Source of the DNA: Octopus vulgaris
Taxonomy: Eukaryota
Assembly (NCBI GenBank): GCA_951406725.2
Contig: OX597822.1
Location: 28,520,001 to 28,584,000 of the forward strand
Direction of reading: 5' to 3'
Length of the DNA stretch: 64,000 nt
The position numbers and the translations under genes were made by a program. The notes beneath the pieces are model-generated. The model saw only the letters and a program-made list of their open reading frames with translations. It was not told where the DNA came from and did not search any database. Position 1 is the stretch's first letter. Every line of letters begins with the position of its first letter. Shown here one piece after another: positions 11,717 to 25,249 of this stretch.

Positions 11717-12499
11717 ATTAGGAAACTAATATTGATAATTATAATTCTATAATGTACACGTAACTATGATTTTGCTAAACTGTCTGATACATTAACATAA
11801 ACTTGATCAAATATTCTCTAAGTCTATATCATTTGCAAGAAAGTTAATAAGCCAAAAACATATTTAAGTGCCATTTCACAAATACTTTACGGTTATATTT
11901 TACCTATGCAACCAAATACTATATAGAGCTTCGTATTTGTTAAATGCTACAAACAGTATATTAGAATTATATTCAGGAATATTATTTAAACATTCCTTTA
12001 ATTGTATTTCTTTCCTTTTTATTTTTTTTGCTTTTTTTGGAGTTGACAAAATATTTATTACTTTAATTTCAGAATGTTATTCATTGATGGTTTCGGCAGA
12101 GAAACTTTCTTAATACTGAATTTTAATTCAGATTTTAGAATCTTTTTAGATACTTTATTTTTGTGAATGAAAATTATGAAAGCCAATTTTCAAATTTTAA
12201 CTGTCATGAATGTTGTCATATCAAATTGTAATGTGCAGACATATTTGCAACACAAGTAATAAAAAAATAATAAAACTATTTACAGATATTGTTATTTCTT
12301 TATTTCCTGGAATTTCTCGTTTCGGTTTCATTTTGTCTCGAGCACCAAGCGTAATCTGTTGTTTTATTCCTATTTTCCGTGTCTTGATCATCCATCATGT
12401 ATTTTTCTTTCTATAGGAACGACTTATGATGAAGACTTATAGCGAAAACTTTATAATAGTCTTTTGCTATGTTTTCTAGAATTTTATAGACACAGTCCA

Positions 12500-12660
12500 C
12501 ATATTGATGTCGTAAGGAGATGAAAATGTCAGAAGGGATAAACTTCGCGGAGCAAAACAGCTACAGAACGAGGTCGCTTTTGTGCTTTGCGAAAATATGA
12601 TTAAGAATCGACCTGTCAACAGGGGCATTGCTTTGGTGTAACAGCCATATTTTGTTTGTT
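12500..12660 (-). mobile_element. Highly decayed mariner transposase fragment
   Basis: WLLHQSNAP..FAK..PSDIF resembles the HDNAP..YSPDLAPxDF region. Confidence 0.45.
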
Positions 12661-13099
12661 CATGCTTTAAGACAGTATTTATTTGATTAACACAGAAAGC
12701 AGTTGTGACATACAGACTAATAGATTACGTGATATTCATGAATAATTATTTTACAAGATCTCCTGTTTGTAGTGATTGATATTAAATGTTGCAATAGCGG
12801 GTATATATCTTTGTTACTGGAGAAACTATAACGCTTTGTAATCCAAAATGCTTTCCACAGAAACTACACTGAGCTTCCATAAAAAATTAATGATAGCTTT
12901 GACTTTGATCGTGGAATTTCTTATTTCAGAGATAATATTAGATTATTTGCGAAAATGACTTTGTTTTTGCGCAGCATAATGACCAAATACTCATATTATA
13001 TATTTTTATTATTAGCTTGCCACTATCAGCTCCTACCATTGCAGAGTAACCACCATGTCCCCTAGATACAGCTGTACTTTTTCTAGATCAAAATCAAAT

Positions 13100-13300
13100 T
13101 TTGGAAACTGATGAATGAAGTAAATGACGTTGCTAGAAGTGCAGTTAAAGGAGTCACTGATATGATTGGAACGATGATGGATGCCTGTGAAGGTGGTATC
13201 GTTGGAGAGGTAGGGGCAAGTACGGTAGCGTGGGCGGGAGCAGGGGAACGAGCCAGGTCGGGATGTGGGGTTAGAAAGAAATTGTGGACCTGGAGGTCAC
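13100..13300 (-). mobile_element. Penelope-like GIY-YIG linker fragment
   Basis: PGSFPCSRPRYRTCPYL..FNCTSSNVIY. Confidence 0.7.
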
Positions 13301-13302
13301 GC

Positions 13303-13352
<50 letters not shown>

Positions 13353-13381
13353 TATACATATATATATGTATGTATGTATAC

Positions 13382-13417
<36 letters not shown>

Positions 13418-13779
13418 CTTCTATTTTTTAATTATTATACATCTTCCACTGTGGAGGGAGCCGGTATGGATGTATGTGTGTATGTATGTATGTTTGAAAG
13501 TATCTATATCTAACACAAGAATGTAAGGATTTCACAGTTGAATGTATTGGTTAACATATTGTTATTTTTGCATTAACGAATGTCGTTAGCACCTGATAAC
13601 CTACATCCGCCTAATTATTTCCATATCTCTACATCCTATTCATTTTCATTTTTTTATTGATGAAAATGTTTCTGTTAAGTTGCATATTATGCGTTTTTGT
13701 AATGTTTTCAGTGTTAGCGGCTTCCTTCAGTAATAAAGTATATTAATTATTTGTTCAATGCTTAGTTATGTTTAAATCT

Positions 13780-14460
13780 ACTGATGACATTTGCGAGAAT
13801 CAAATTGAAAACCTATAAGGCGAGGTGTTATTACAATCAACAAAGAACGAGAAAACCACTTCCTATCAATGAAGTCATTGATCACGAAGTCTTTTTAAGT
13901 ATGAATACGGTTATCTTGATCTTATATAAATAATAACGATCAAATTGTCGTCAACAATGAGATAAGTTCAGGTAAATCTCGAAGATGTTTTCCCAGTTCT
14001 TTTTTTCTTTTGTCTCAAATTCTTCCCTCAGATGCTGCTTTTTAATGTGTTTTATTCCAGATAAATCTTCCTACTAATGAACCTGATAAGAATCTATCAC
14101 AAATGTTCCAATTGAGATCGATGCTACTAATTTAAGGTTTCTCAGTCGAAGCCACTCTAATATCTATGTTGCTATCAAACCACTAACTATTACTTTTAAT
14201 TCTATAACAGTATTCTAATATATATAATAATTATACACCTGTTTTATCATTTAACCTAATATATAATCTAGTGCTTATATTTCTTTATATCGTATACATA
14301 GATGGAACCAAAACCTAAAATTTCCTCTAATATCTCATGGTATAATTGTAATATATTGTACCTTGAATAGTAATACTCTACAAATAAGCGATGATAAAAG
14401 CATTAGATTATCTTTTGTAAAGTGCAAATCTGTAGGGTATTAGTGAACGATCAATCAAGC
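13780..14460 (+). repeat. Second copy of the non-coding block at 2950-3780
   Basis: Collinear similarity, including donor-like CAG|GTAAAT near 13971. Confidence 0.7.
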
Positions 14461-14534
14461 ATGGCCAATGGATTAAAACTTTGTCGTTTAGCAAGTTACA
14501 ATAGCAACATTACATTTTATATATGCTTTATCCT

Positions 14535-14680
14535 TCAGGTGTTTTAATCATGAGACTGCGGTCAGAATTTTTAGTCGAATAAATCGATCGCAATACTTTT
14601 CATTTTTTTTTAAGACTGGTACTTATTTTATTGTCTTTTTGCACCGGTTATCAAGCGGGGAAGGGAGGTACACAGAGACA

Positions 14681-14717
<37 letters not shown>

Positions 14718-14887
14718 GCGCACACACATACACACATATATATATTAATAATAGAAGGATAAATATTATTAATTAAATTAATTAATTAATCAATTAATTA
14801 AAACTTTTACCAAGTAGATCGGTACGTTAAAATAACCTTTATAGATAAAATTATCCACATAATTTTAGCTGAAACCTAATTAAATTA

Positions 14888-14924
<37 letters not shown>

Positions 14925-15000
14925 GGCTTCTTTCTGTTTTCGTCTACAAAATCCACTCACAAGGCTTTAGTCGACCCGAGATTGTAGTAGAGGACACTTG
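14535..15000 (-). mobile_element. Degenerate SINE family A with an AT-rich insert in its microsatellite
   Basis: AAATCCACTCACAAGGCTTT..GACACTTG and ACTTATT/GACTGCGG tail segments. Confidence 0.65.
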
Positions 15001-15910
15001 CGAAACACAGCCTCCATTTGTTTGTGTAGCCCTGTATCATTTCTGTCCACAGATAGATGTGTATTCGTAAATGCAATGCATATTACTCGATTGCATGCAG
15101 AACGCAATTTTGTGCTTGCTGTTGCTTTGTGGGAGGTCTCAGATATTTATTTTGAAAAATTGGTGTGATCGTTGGCTTTGCAGCAATGGTGGCCACCTGG
15201 GGAAGGTCTATTATTTATGGCTGCCTTAGGTGGGGGCGTGCATTGCTTAGTTCTAAAGGCTTCCTGTATAAGACTTCCCAGCCACGGTGGTTTCATCCTT
15301 ATTCGAACAACTGGCAATATAAGACTACATAAAACTAAATCCCCTGCGTTTTAACAGTTTTGAGACAGTTTTCTCATTAATTTGTTTGATCATTTTATGG
15401 TGAACTTGTTTATTCACCAAATCCATTTTGTTGACCCTTAGGTGCCCAGTGAGTGGAGATAAGAAAACAACATGTAGATAGACATAGGGATTCGACATTT
15501 CACTTCGCCCTTATTATATCGAGCCAAAGTTACAATCCTAAATTTGTTTTCGTTCTAAATTTCGTTCTTGATGGATTTTAATTTCATTATCTTTTCTATA
15601 GTTTATTCACAATGTCGGAGAAGCTAACCTTTGAAATCAATTCACTAAAACTAATATAAATATAATTAACCATCTGTTATACCAATGAGATGATAGCAGA
15701 AAATATTTTACATACATGAAATACAGAAGACATAACTCTAAATATATCTGGGACTTCATGGGGTTATCGTTGAACATTGACTAATTGTTTTTAGTCAACG
15801 GGAGAATATGTTACCCTACATTCAAATAGAAAGCAAAGTGAAATGAAGATGATATGACGTGTGAATGATACTGAAAAACAGTATATCATATAACTTCTGA
15901 ATCACCCAAT

Positions 15911-16330
15911 ATACAGCAACGTGCAAAAGTCTCTGACCACTTTAAAATACTGTAAATTTCTATTAATTGCCAACTTATTAGTGCATGTTTCGCATTGCGT
16001 TTTTTACAGATGAAACATTGGCCCAGATGACGTCACGTCATTTATATACCTGATCATTATATTTTGTAGTAGGGGTTCTGAATGAGAGGATGAGATGCGA
16101 GACAACCACCCAAAATGGCCGTACAAAATTTTTCGGCCACCTCACATTAACTGGCAAGATACAGTATTTTAAAACAGAAAAATGTCTATAATGAAATTTT
16201 ATTACATAATGTTCATTTCAAGAAGTTACTATACGTTGTTAACATTTCGTGTGGCTTCCCTTAGATTTAATAATCACTTTAATGCGCCTGAGAAGACATG
16301 CATACAAATCCTTCGCCATCTTCACAGGTA
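15911..16330 (-). mobile_element. Tc1-like transposon end (transposase C-terminus and TIR)
   Basis: LYACLLRRIKVIIKSKGSHTKC* resembles Tc1 RRxxAVIxxKGxxTKY; TA-CAGCAACGTGCAAAAGT terminal motif. Confidence 0.65.
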
Positions 16331-16331
16331 G

Positions 16332-16333
<2 letters not shown>

Positions 16334-16384
<51 letters not shown>

Positions 16385-16512
16385 TGTATGTATGCATGTA
16401 TGTATGTATATATATATATATATATACATACACACATACATATACATACATACATACATATATATATATGTGTGTGTGTGTATGTATGTATGTATGTATG
16501 TATGTGTGTATG

Positions 16513-16546
<34 letters not shown>

Positions 16547-16642
16547 AACGTATGTATGTATGTATGTATGTATGTATGTATGTATGTATGTATGTATGTA
16601 TGTATGTATGTATGTATGTATGTATGTATGTATGTATGTATA
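16334..16642. repeat. Compound (TA)/(TG)/(TATG)n microsatellite
   Basis: Direct reading. Confidence 0.95.
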
Positions 16643-16644
16643 CG

Positions 16645-17078
16645 AGTAAATGTAAGAACACGCAAGTTAGACAAGTCGATATACACAAAATATTAAATAA
16701 ATTTAATACAAAAAATGGCCATATAAAAAGTCTGACTTAAACAAAATATAGATGATATCGGGAATTTAAGAGGTTGAGGTTAGGTTTTCTGGGGGCTTGA
16801 GGTGTTGACAAGATCGAATATATAATTCTTTCCTGAATACGGAGGTGGTGTTATCCGATGATGGAGTCAAGTTACTATCATTATTCCGGACCACCAAGCC
16901 TCCAGAAACAGGTGTTAGACTCGTAGAACTCAACTCCTTTAATTCCTGATACTATTTACATTCTGTGTACGTCGAACTTTTTATATACATGCATATGTAT
17001 ATTTTTTGTATTAAATGTATTGTACTTAATATTTTGTGCATATCGATTTGTCTAACTTGCACGTCCTTACACTTATTC
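16645..17078. repeat. Imperfect fold-back (palindromic) element
   Basis: TGTAAG..GCAAGTTAGACAA.TCGATAT.CACAAAATATTAA mirrored at 17027-17078; inner arms about 16755-16780 and 16927-16952. Confidence 0.7.
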
Positions 17079-17729
17079 CTCAGCCTGCTCAAGTTCAAAT
17101 CTCTTGAACCCTACGATGTGAATTCTCTCTCTCTCTATCTCTCTCTCTCTCTCTCTCTCCCTCTCTCTCTCTCTAATATATATAATATTTACACTCACTA
17201 AATTATCCATTATACATGAAAAAAACATTTCCGCACGTAATGCAGTGTTTCTGTCGCCTATTCATCTTTGGCCCTACGGTACTGTTAACTTTAAACTTTT
17301 ATTAGGCGACTGAACTCTCATTACAGAAAAAGTCAAATGAATATCACAGATCTTCTAGTGGATGGCAAAATCTTTATGGTTTTCAGAAGCAAACCAGAAA
17401 AATACATTTTGTATCATCTTCACAGTGTTGTTAAACGACTGGAAGACAGAAATTGAAAGAACTTATTTTCAATAAACACACTTGTATTACTAATTGGTTC
17501 TCGTGACATTGCTTTCCATAGAGAAAACATACTAATAGATTCAAACAAAGTCTTTACAAGTACTACATTGGAATAGAAGAGGTGACTGTAAAATCTTTTG
17601 GAAAATTATTCAGTTAGTCATTTATACTTTAATCCATAAAGAAAACGAACAGATGAAATATTGCAAAGACATTTTAAATTTTATAGTTTTTCCATTAACT
17701 TTCAAAAGATTCTTGATCAGTTAATTATT

Positions 17730-18560
17730 AGGTCATTAAGTATTAAATTTGTAGTAAGGTATATGGTAAACTTTGACACCTACTCATTTTGCGCTATTAT
17801 TATATTTTAACAAACTGTATTTTTTATTAGAAAGCTGACACATCAATTTCTTTATTCTAACTCATTTTGCGCTTTATAAGTATTTATAAATCTTTGTTGC
17901 TATTTATGTTTAAAGATGGATAAGCCGGAAATTCGTACAGTTTTGAAATATGAGTTCTTTCTTGGAAATACAGCATCACAAACAGCTCGGAATATTAATG
18001 GAGCGTTTCATTCTATTGTTATTACACAGCAGACAGTATCAAATTGGCTTATAAAAAATTTCGTTCTAGTAACTGTGACCTCACAAATGAGCAATGCGGT
18101 CAAGCTAAAACAAAGGTTGATAATGACGAACTGAAAGCCATCGTCGAGTCAGATCCATTTCAAAGTGCCCGTGAATTATCGTTGTTGTTTGGTGTTAGCA
18201 AAAAAACAATATTGACTCACCTAGTTCAAATCGGTAAAGTGAAAAAGCTGGATGAGTTCCACATGAACTCAATGAAAATCAGAAATAGCAATGTTTGGAA
18301 TCTCGCATTATGCTACTTTCTTGTCACAAAAATGAATCATTTTTAATCGAATTGTAACATGTGATGAGAAATTGATCCAATACAACAACCGTAAACGTTC
18401 AGCACGATGGTTGGACAAAGACGAGCCACTAAAACAGTCTAAAAAGCAAAATTCATCAAAAGAAGCTGATGTATGTGTTTGGTGGTTTGGCGCAGGAGTA
18501 ACCCGTTATGATTCATTAAATCTGGTTCATCAATCTGGTTCATCAATCACGGCCGAAGTA
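17730..18560 (+). mobile_element. Mariner transposase pseudogene (N-terminal two-thirds)
   Basis: MDKPEIRTVLKYEF..TARNIN..TVSNW / KKFRS..DNDELKAIVESDP..HLVQIGKVKKLD / FLNRIVTCDEK..WW; frameshifted. Confidence 0.9.
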
Positions 18561-18579
18561 TAAGGCATGGACAATCAGA

Positions 18580-18740
18580 ACCTGGATGTCCCACCGCGAC
18601 AGCGCACTTGTTTGCATGTCGCATCTTTTACCTGATTTTTCGCAAACCACAAGAGGTATCTCGTTCTTCAGCAATATTGCTCTCTGGAGATGGCACCAGC
18701 GGACATTTTTTTCCACAAAGTTGAAATTTAGGCCTAAACA
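18580..18740 (+). mobile_element. Decayed mariner catalytic-domain fragment
   Basis: WMSHRDSA..DF..TKLK resembles WxxHxDNA..APxDFFLFPKLK. Confidence 0.45.
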
Positions 18741-20060
18741 ATACCTTGTACATTCTCATGTGTTCTATTTTCGAGAAAATGCTGGAAAATACATTAAAAA
18801 ATTTGTAAACGGTTTCTTCTAAACCAAGATGTCTTGTTTATTCAAAAAAAAAACGAGGTGTAGGATCAAAATTCGCGGAACATTAACCCTTAAACAGCGG
18901 ACATCATTAATTGATATTTCATTGGAGAAAAGCGGACATCATCGATCGATGATTCAAAAATTGTATATAGATACGGGCCTAACCAACAGAAAGTGACCAT
19001 TTTACGACACTTTTCGATAAAGAATTGAAAATTTCTTTGTGTGAGAGACTAACAATTATTTTTGTACCTATTTAAAATGAAAATAACTATAAAAATTATT
19101 GCTTATAGCCACTTTAATTTGATTGTCCTCTAAGGGGCTATGATGCTGCCTTTTAACCCCATGAAGACATTTCCTCTAGCTGGTTTATTCAATGCGTTTC
19201 TTGCACCCAATATTTACTGCAAGCGGGAGATAACTCCTGCAATCCTGATCACGTAGTTTTTATCTGTATTTAATCTCTTCAAGGGTGGGTACCCGTTGTC
19301 AGGCATGGCAGCAGTTTACCTCACTTGAAATATATAGAAAATAAAATATAAGAATTACTCTTAAAAAAATTATATTTTTGATGTTTGCCTGTTTGGCGCA
19401 CACATTCATGTAACTTTTTAACGGTTAATATAACCGAGCATTACATTTGGTATTTCAGAAAAGGTGAATAAGAAATGAAAAACTGCTGAAAATAAAACAA
19501 ATATCTGAAATTACTTGATTTTTTATTATATTTTATTATATGTGTTGCAAATGTAAATTTGTATTACAACTTATTTAATTCAATAAGATAAAAATAATCC
19601 AAGATAAAGCAAATTCAAAACTTAGCTTCAATAATTTTCCTTCAGCAAAGAATAAATACGTCTAATAAGGTTCTAAATCTGACAACATATTACAATTAAT
19701 TCAGGATAGTAATTAGAAGATACCTCGGCTGAAAACATTAATAAATCAGTTTCTCGAATAAAAGTATGCAATATTTATCTAATCAATAAACAGTCTAGAG
19801 AAATACGAAATTTATATCATTCCGTTAATATAATTTTTGAGAGCATGTGTAAAACATAGAATTAAAGTATTATTAAAGGGAAACGTAAATTTGTTGCTTT
19901 CTTATAAATTTTCAGAAAAATAACATAGATTAGGAGACAACTTATATTAGTCAAGGTTATACTAAAGCTTTAGACATTTTAGCAAAATCTATTGTAATTC
20001 ATAGAGATAATTCATATAGCTTAACACTCCAAAACTTACATTGGTAATAGGGAAAGCTTC

Positions 20061-20186
<126 letters not shown>

Positions 20187-20255
20187 TTAATTAATTTTAT
20201 GCATTGGCTTATGTTTTTCATTGTTTGATTTGCCTATTAGTGGTTTTATCTCTAA

Positions 20256-20304
<49 letters not shown>

Positions 20305-20307
<3 letters not shown>

Positions 20308-20593
20308 TGGACATCGCCGTTTGCTTTGCTACTCTTTCACTAAACCTCCTGTGATGTGTGGTATTTGGTGAATGAAGACGTTTAATTTTGCTAATCTCAA
20401 CTGTGATTTTTGCCTTGAAGTAGGTACATCCTGGACTCTTGACAGAAGATCCGGTTTTCTTTTGAAAACGCCTACATCCACGCCATGCAGATCTCTCCGG
20501 CTTTGTGACGGAGATATTGAAGAGTTATAAGCCCTTGAACCCCAAGCTGTTGTAGTAACGGTCCTGTATCCTGATGGTAATGTTTGCAAATTT

Positions 20594-20595
<2 letters not shown>
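20305..20595 (-). mobile_element. 3' end of a CR1/Jockey-like LINE ORF2, between (TA)n tracts
   Basis: QLFNI..RDLHGVDVGVFKRKPDLLSRVQDVPT. Confidence 0.55.
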
Positions 20596-20629
<34 letters not shown>

Positions 20630-21039
20630 TGTATGTATATGCACATATATGCACACATACATACATATGTATATATAAGTATATATAAATATACACACAT
20701 ACTATATATGTGTATGTATGTGTATAAATACATGTATAGAGAAATAAAATATTTACGTGCGCTGTAAAGCATAACATGTATTTTCACTATTGGCTTGTTT
20801 GAATTGATATCACATTTTCGGATGTTCCGATATTCCCTTTAAGTTTAGACGTATATTTGTGCGCACGAATGTGTGCGCACATTGCATGTGTGTATGTGAG
20901 TGTGTTTGAATGTTTGGGTAGACGTGGTTGTGAGTGAGCATGTGTGCGCAGACACTAATGTGCATAAGTGTATGTATATATAAATATAAGTGCATATTCA
21001 TGTGTGTGTGTGTGTGTGCGTGTGTGTGTGTGTGTGTAC

Positions 21040-21740
21040 AAAATCAATTGCAGCGTGGAAGGTGTTTATAAGCCATTGAAAAGCACACAAAAATCGTTAG
21101 ATTCACTTCAGCAATTAAATTTAATTTGCCAAATATTTTCTTCGCTTTGAGACCGCGACCTGCTCACTGACAAAATTCCGTGCGGCACGAAATTTCTTCT
21201 TTTTTTTTACTCGAGGCACAAGGCCCAAAATTTGGGGGAAAAGGGGCCAGGCGATTGGACCGACCCCAGGATGCAACTGGTACTTAATTTATTGACCCCG
21301 AAAGGATGAAAGGCAAAGTCGACCTCGGCGAAATTAGAACTCAGAACGTAACGGCAGAAGAAATCTCTATTTCTTTACTACCCACAAGGGGATAAACGCA
21401 GAGGGGACAAAAAAGGACAGACAAACGGATTAAGTCGATTACATCGACCCCAGTGCGTAACTGGTACTTAATTTATCGACCCCGAAAGGATGAAAGGCAA
21501 AGTCAACCTCGGCGGAATGTGAACGTAACGGCAGACGAAATGCTGCTAAGTATTTCGTCCGGCGTGCTAACGATACTGCCAGCTCGCCGCCTTCCGTGCA
21601 GCACGGACTTTTGTCAATGAACAGATTGCGATCTTAAAGCAACGAAAATATTTGGCAAATTATATTTAAATGTTGAAGTGAATCTAAGAGTTTCTGTGTG
21701 TTTTTAAATGGCTTCTTAACACTTGCTACATCTCCGTAAT
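21040..21740. mobile_element. Palindromic (MITE-like) element split at its apex by a SINE
   Basis: Left arm ..AAGCCATT..CACACA..TTAGATTCACTTCA..TTTGCCAAATATTTTC..TGACAAAA is the reverse complement of 21608-21716; the same family occurs at 36165-36358. Confidence 0.8.
21196..21591 (-). mobile_element. SINE family B (two nested or tandem units) with an imperfect target-site duplication of about 20 bp
   Basis: Head GGCGGCGAGCTGGCAG; core GCCTTTCATCCTTTCGGGGTC.ATAAATTAAGTACCAG present twice; flanks TTCCGTGC(G/A)GCACG..TTT at 21176-21195 and 21592-21611. Confidence 0.85.
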
Positions 21741-22622
21741 ATATATATATATATATATATATAGTTGGAATTTACAAAAAAAACAAAAGATGAAGACAGG
21801 TGTGTAAACAACAAAAAGATGTATTAGTTTAACGCTCGGGAAGTGAGAAAGTCTTTTACGTTTCTTCAGCAGAAAGGAACACAGAAATAAACAGAGAGAA
21901 AAATATTAAAAAAACGTTTAATGGCTAGCGATCAATCATGGCGAATGCCGGAAAGAGGTGGTCAGACAGGAGAGCTAGGAAGAAGGAGAGATAATAAAGT
22001 AGTGATGATCCCAAAATGAAGGTGCACATGCGCGTGTATATATATATATAATACAAATATATGTGTATATATGTAAATACATACGTATGAATGAATATAA
22101 ATCAGATAACTTAACTCCATACAAGTAGCTAGAATAGAAAGTTATTCATTACCCTATCAGTCAGAAAGAGGAACATAAATAGAATAAACACAAATGCCAT
22201 AACAATAGCCCAAATTTCCATCATTCTTTTTAGGTCAACACAAAAAATGTATCATCAGAAATGGTACATGAAAATGACAAACGATATCGGCTTTGTAGCA
22301 ACAATTGAATCCATTCAACAGTTGACGTGGACATGAACATTTTGATATATTGAAGAACAGGAGAACTGGTCATAGATAAACTGGCAAGTTCCTGAAAGAA
22401 ATAGACACACGCTTTTTACACTTATATGATGTATATCTTACATGAACTTGAATAGATCCCAGAAAATGTGATTTTTTTTCTTTCGAATTGGTATCTAAAG
22501 ATTTTCAATCAAAACTGTTGTTAATTGTTCCACTTATTTGACATCAGCTAATTTACAGTCAAAGGCCATCCTGCCATATATTCAGATTTAGTATATAAGT
22601 TGCTGTTCATTACTTCCATCTT

Positions 22623-24719
22623 TCAAGGCTTTGTGGAAGGATTCGCAACAGTTTCTGGCCTTTCAAGTGACGACATTCCACACTGGTTAAATTCATACAA
22701 GTTTCGCTTAACGGCAGAGTTGATTGTAGGTACATCCGTTGATTGTGTTACACGAGCAGAAGTCACATCAACAGACTCTTTTGCGGGCAATTTTATAATT
22801 GTTTGCAAATTCCGCAGAATACTGCGACGAATAGTCTTTGTTGATAGAAACGATACGCAAATAAATATTCCAACGAATGAATTTAAAATACAAAATAACA
22901 GAGAAAATTCTTCAATTCTTGTAAACGTATACAGAAATGCGGATACCCATGTAAGTCCCATGATAAAGAATAGTTTTATGCAAACGATGAACTCATCATT
23001 ATTACGTTTTGACAAATATTTCGAAGAAAGTTTACTGCTCAAATAGAGCCCTCTAGCGGTAAGGATAAATGCTATTATATTAAGACATATAATAAACATT
23101 ACGGGGATTGCAAAAAACCATAGTAGACTTTTTCCATTTGTAATCCAGCAAATACTACTTCCATATTCTGGAGAAAGTCCATGATTTCCAGGTGTGTACT
23201 CAAATATCAGTGATACTGTTACTATTACAAGTGGACAGATCCAAGCATACAAGGAATACAATACAAGTCTCTTGGTGCCTTTGCCTTTACTCCGAAGCTG
23301 TGTGAATCCCGAGAAAGTGTGCCAGGCATCAAATGACATGACATTCATCCAGAAGAAAGTTGTTAAAAAGGAATAATGCATGATAATAGCCAAAGATTTA
23401 CACAGCACTGTAAATTTAGTGACTTGTGATGAGATAAGAAAGAGAAGCTCACCTACAAACAGTGCTGATAAAAGACTAATGAGTAATTTACCTGGTAAGG
23501 TACGAAGATCAGGTATACAGAGATAGACTATAATAGTGATTGCCAGAGCTGGAATAGAGATTACGAGTCCCACTAATGTGATATAGCTCCCAGCTACGGA
23601 ATATTTTGATACACCATTGATATTTGATATATTATTGGTACCATTGTTTACACAGATACTTATACCTTGAGAATCACGAGTGAATTCTGATTGGTTCAGC
23701 AAACGTTGGGTATTATTTAAGTAGAGATGACCATCACTAGTAATGTAATACTCAGATTCATTTAATATTGTTGTTGTACACTTTAGTGGAGGATGGTAGA
23801 TAACTTGTCGACATTCCTTAGTATTCATATCGTAGACTGCGTGTTTTGGACACGATGGTAACTGCAGAAGCGTATGTTCCGTTCCGATGTGTTCACCCGT
23901 TATCGTTATGGATTTTGTATGATAATTGAAGAGGATTGTAAGTGGTATAAATGAACCTACTGAAGGATATATTTTGTATTCTACTTCACACGGAACTTCA
24001 AAAATCCCGTTACATGTAGCACAAGGTTTGTTTTTGTATTGATTTAAATGTTCTTGATTTAAATATATTAATGCCATGGGCTCAGTTTCACACGCCATTC
24101 TTTGTTCTGTGTTATTGTTATCCTGAGGACAATTCGAAATATATGGAATACAGGAATACAAATATTTATCCAGATCTTCTGAAGGAAGCGTCACAGTTGG
24201 TACACATGTTCCATCCTTGACGTAATTTGATATATTTTCAATGCTTGGAGAAAGGAAGGAACTGCATTTATATAAAAGATTCCAAAGAATGAATTCCTCT
24301 CCATGACAGAGAGCGCAATATAGGTTCTTATATAGTTTTTTACTTGTTTTACCAAAAGCAGGAATGGATTGCAGTTGGTCATCTGAGTCGGGATTTTCAC
24401 AGTTGTTCACATACTCTGTAACATCATGGTTAGGTGGACAACGATCAAACTGATAATAATAAGAGTCATCAACCTTTCTACAACTATAATATATTGAAGG
24501 ATAGGGTTGTTTGTGATCAGAAGTGGTGTTCTGATCCATGTCAGAACAACATTCATTATAGAGGTAGCAGTCCGGGCGACACGAACAACGCTCAGGTATG
24601 CCATATATGGCAGGATCAGAACACAAAGCTGGGCTGCAATTGTTGAAGAAGTGTGCAAATGATGCATCTTTTGAGAACATTATAAGAGAAATTACAAGCA
24701 ACTGAAATGATGTTACCAT
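22623..24719 (-). CDS. Family-B Methuselah-like GPCR, 698 aa (receptor 2)
   Basis: Intact paralog of receptor 1; ATG at 24719 chosen by alignment (TTTAAAATG context, signal peptide follows); longer C-tail. Confidence 0.93.
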   Translation of the reverse strand: MVTSFQLLVISLIMFSKDASFAHFFNNCSPALCSDPAIYGIPERCSCRPDCYLYNECCSDMDQNTTSDHKQPYPSIYYSCRKVDDSYYYQFDRCPPNHDVTEYVNNCENPDSDDQLQSIPAFGKTSKKLYKNLYCALCHGEEFILWNLLYKCSSFLSPSIENISNYVKDGTCVPTVTLPSEDLDKYLYSCIPYISNCPQDNNNTEQRMACETEPMALIYLNQEHLNQYKNKPCATCNGIFEVPCEVEYKIYPSVGSFIPLTILFNYHTKSITITGEHIGTEHTLLQLPSCPKHAVYDMNTKECRQVIYHPPLKCTTTILNESEYYITSDGHLYLNNTQRLLNQSEFTRDSQGISICVNNGTNNISNINGVSKYSVAGSYITLVGLVISIPALAITIIVYLCIPDLRTLPGKLLISLLSALFVGELLFLISSQVTKFTVLCKSLAIIMHYSFLTTFFWMNVMSFDAWHTFSGFTQLRSKGKGTKRLVLYSLYAWICPLVIVTVSLIFEYTPGNHGLSPEYGSSICWITNGKSLLWFFAIPVMFIICLNIIAFILTARGLYLSSKLSSKYLSKRNNDEFIVCIKLFFIMGLTWVSAFLYTFTRIEEFSLLFCILNSFVGIFICVSFLSTKTIRRSILRNLQTIIKLPAKESVDVTSARVTQSTDVPTINSAVKRNLYEFNQCGMSSLERPETVANPSTKP

Positions 24720-25136
24720 TTTAAAAGTTATAGTAAACAATGTAATAACTGATCCTAAAAGTCTTGGTTATATATCGACATTTAAAGTCTTCAACATGAA
24801 ACTTTAGCAACACTTAGAAATACAATTATTTGTAATTCTAAATATATGTGTATTTCAAAAGTATTTCTATTGAGAAATGCAAGGAATTATTACTTTAGTC
24901 ATAAAAAGGTATTTATCTTGCTGTAGGCATGCTGCATGTATATATTGGCACTGTTCATTAGTACAATTAACGTCAGATGTATTCAATCCATCTTGTGGTT
25001 TTAGTTGTATAAATTCGCTAATATTTAAAAGTACCTTTGTTCCTACATGGAATGATGAATTAGTTTCAAATTTATTTTGGTTGGTAGTTGGAACACATTA
25101 ATATGAAACGTTGAAAGTTCGCCCACAGGCTATCTG

Positions 25137-25249
<113 letters not shown>

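Noticed and set aside
21850-21880. Possible hammerhead remnant (CTGAAGAAACGTA on minus) and CTGATGA at 4084
   Set aside because: Stem II or the GAAA half is missing; cannot form the fold
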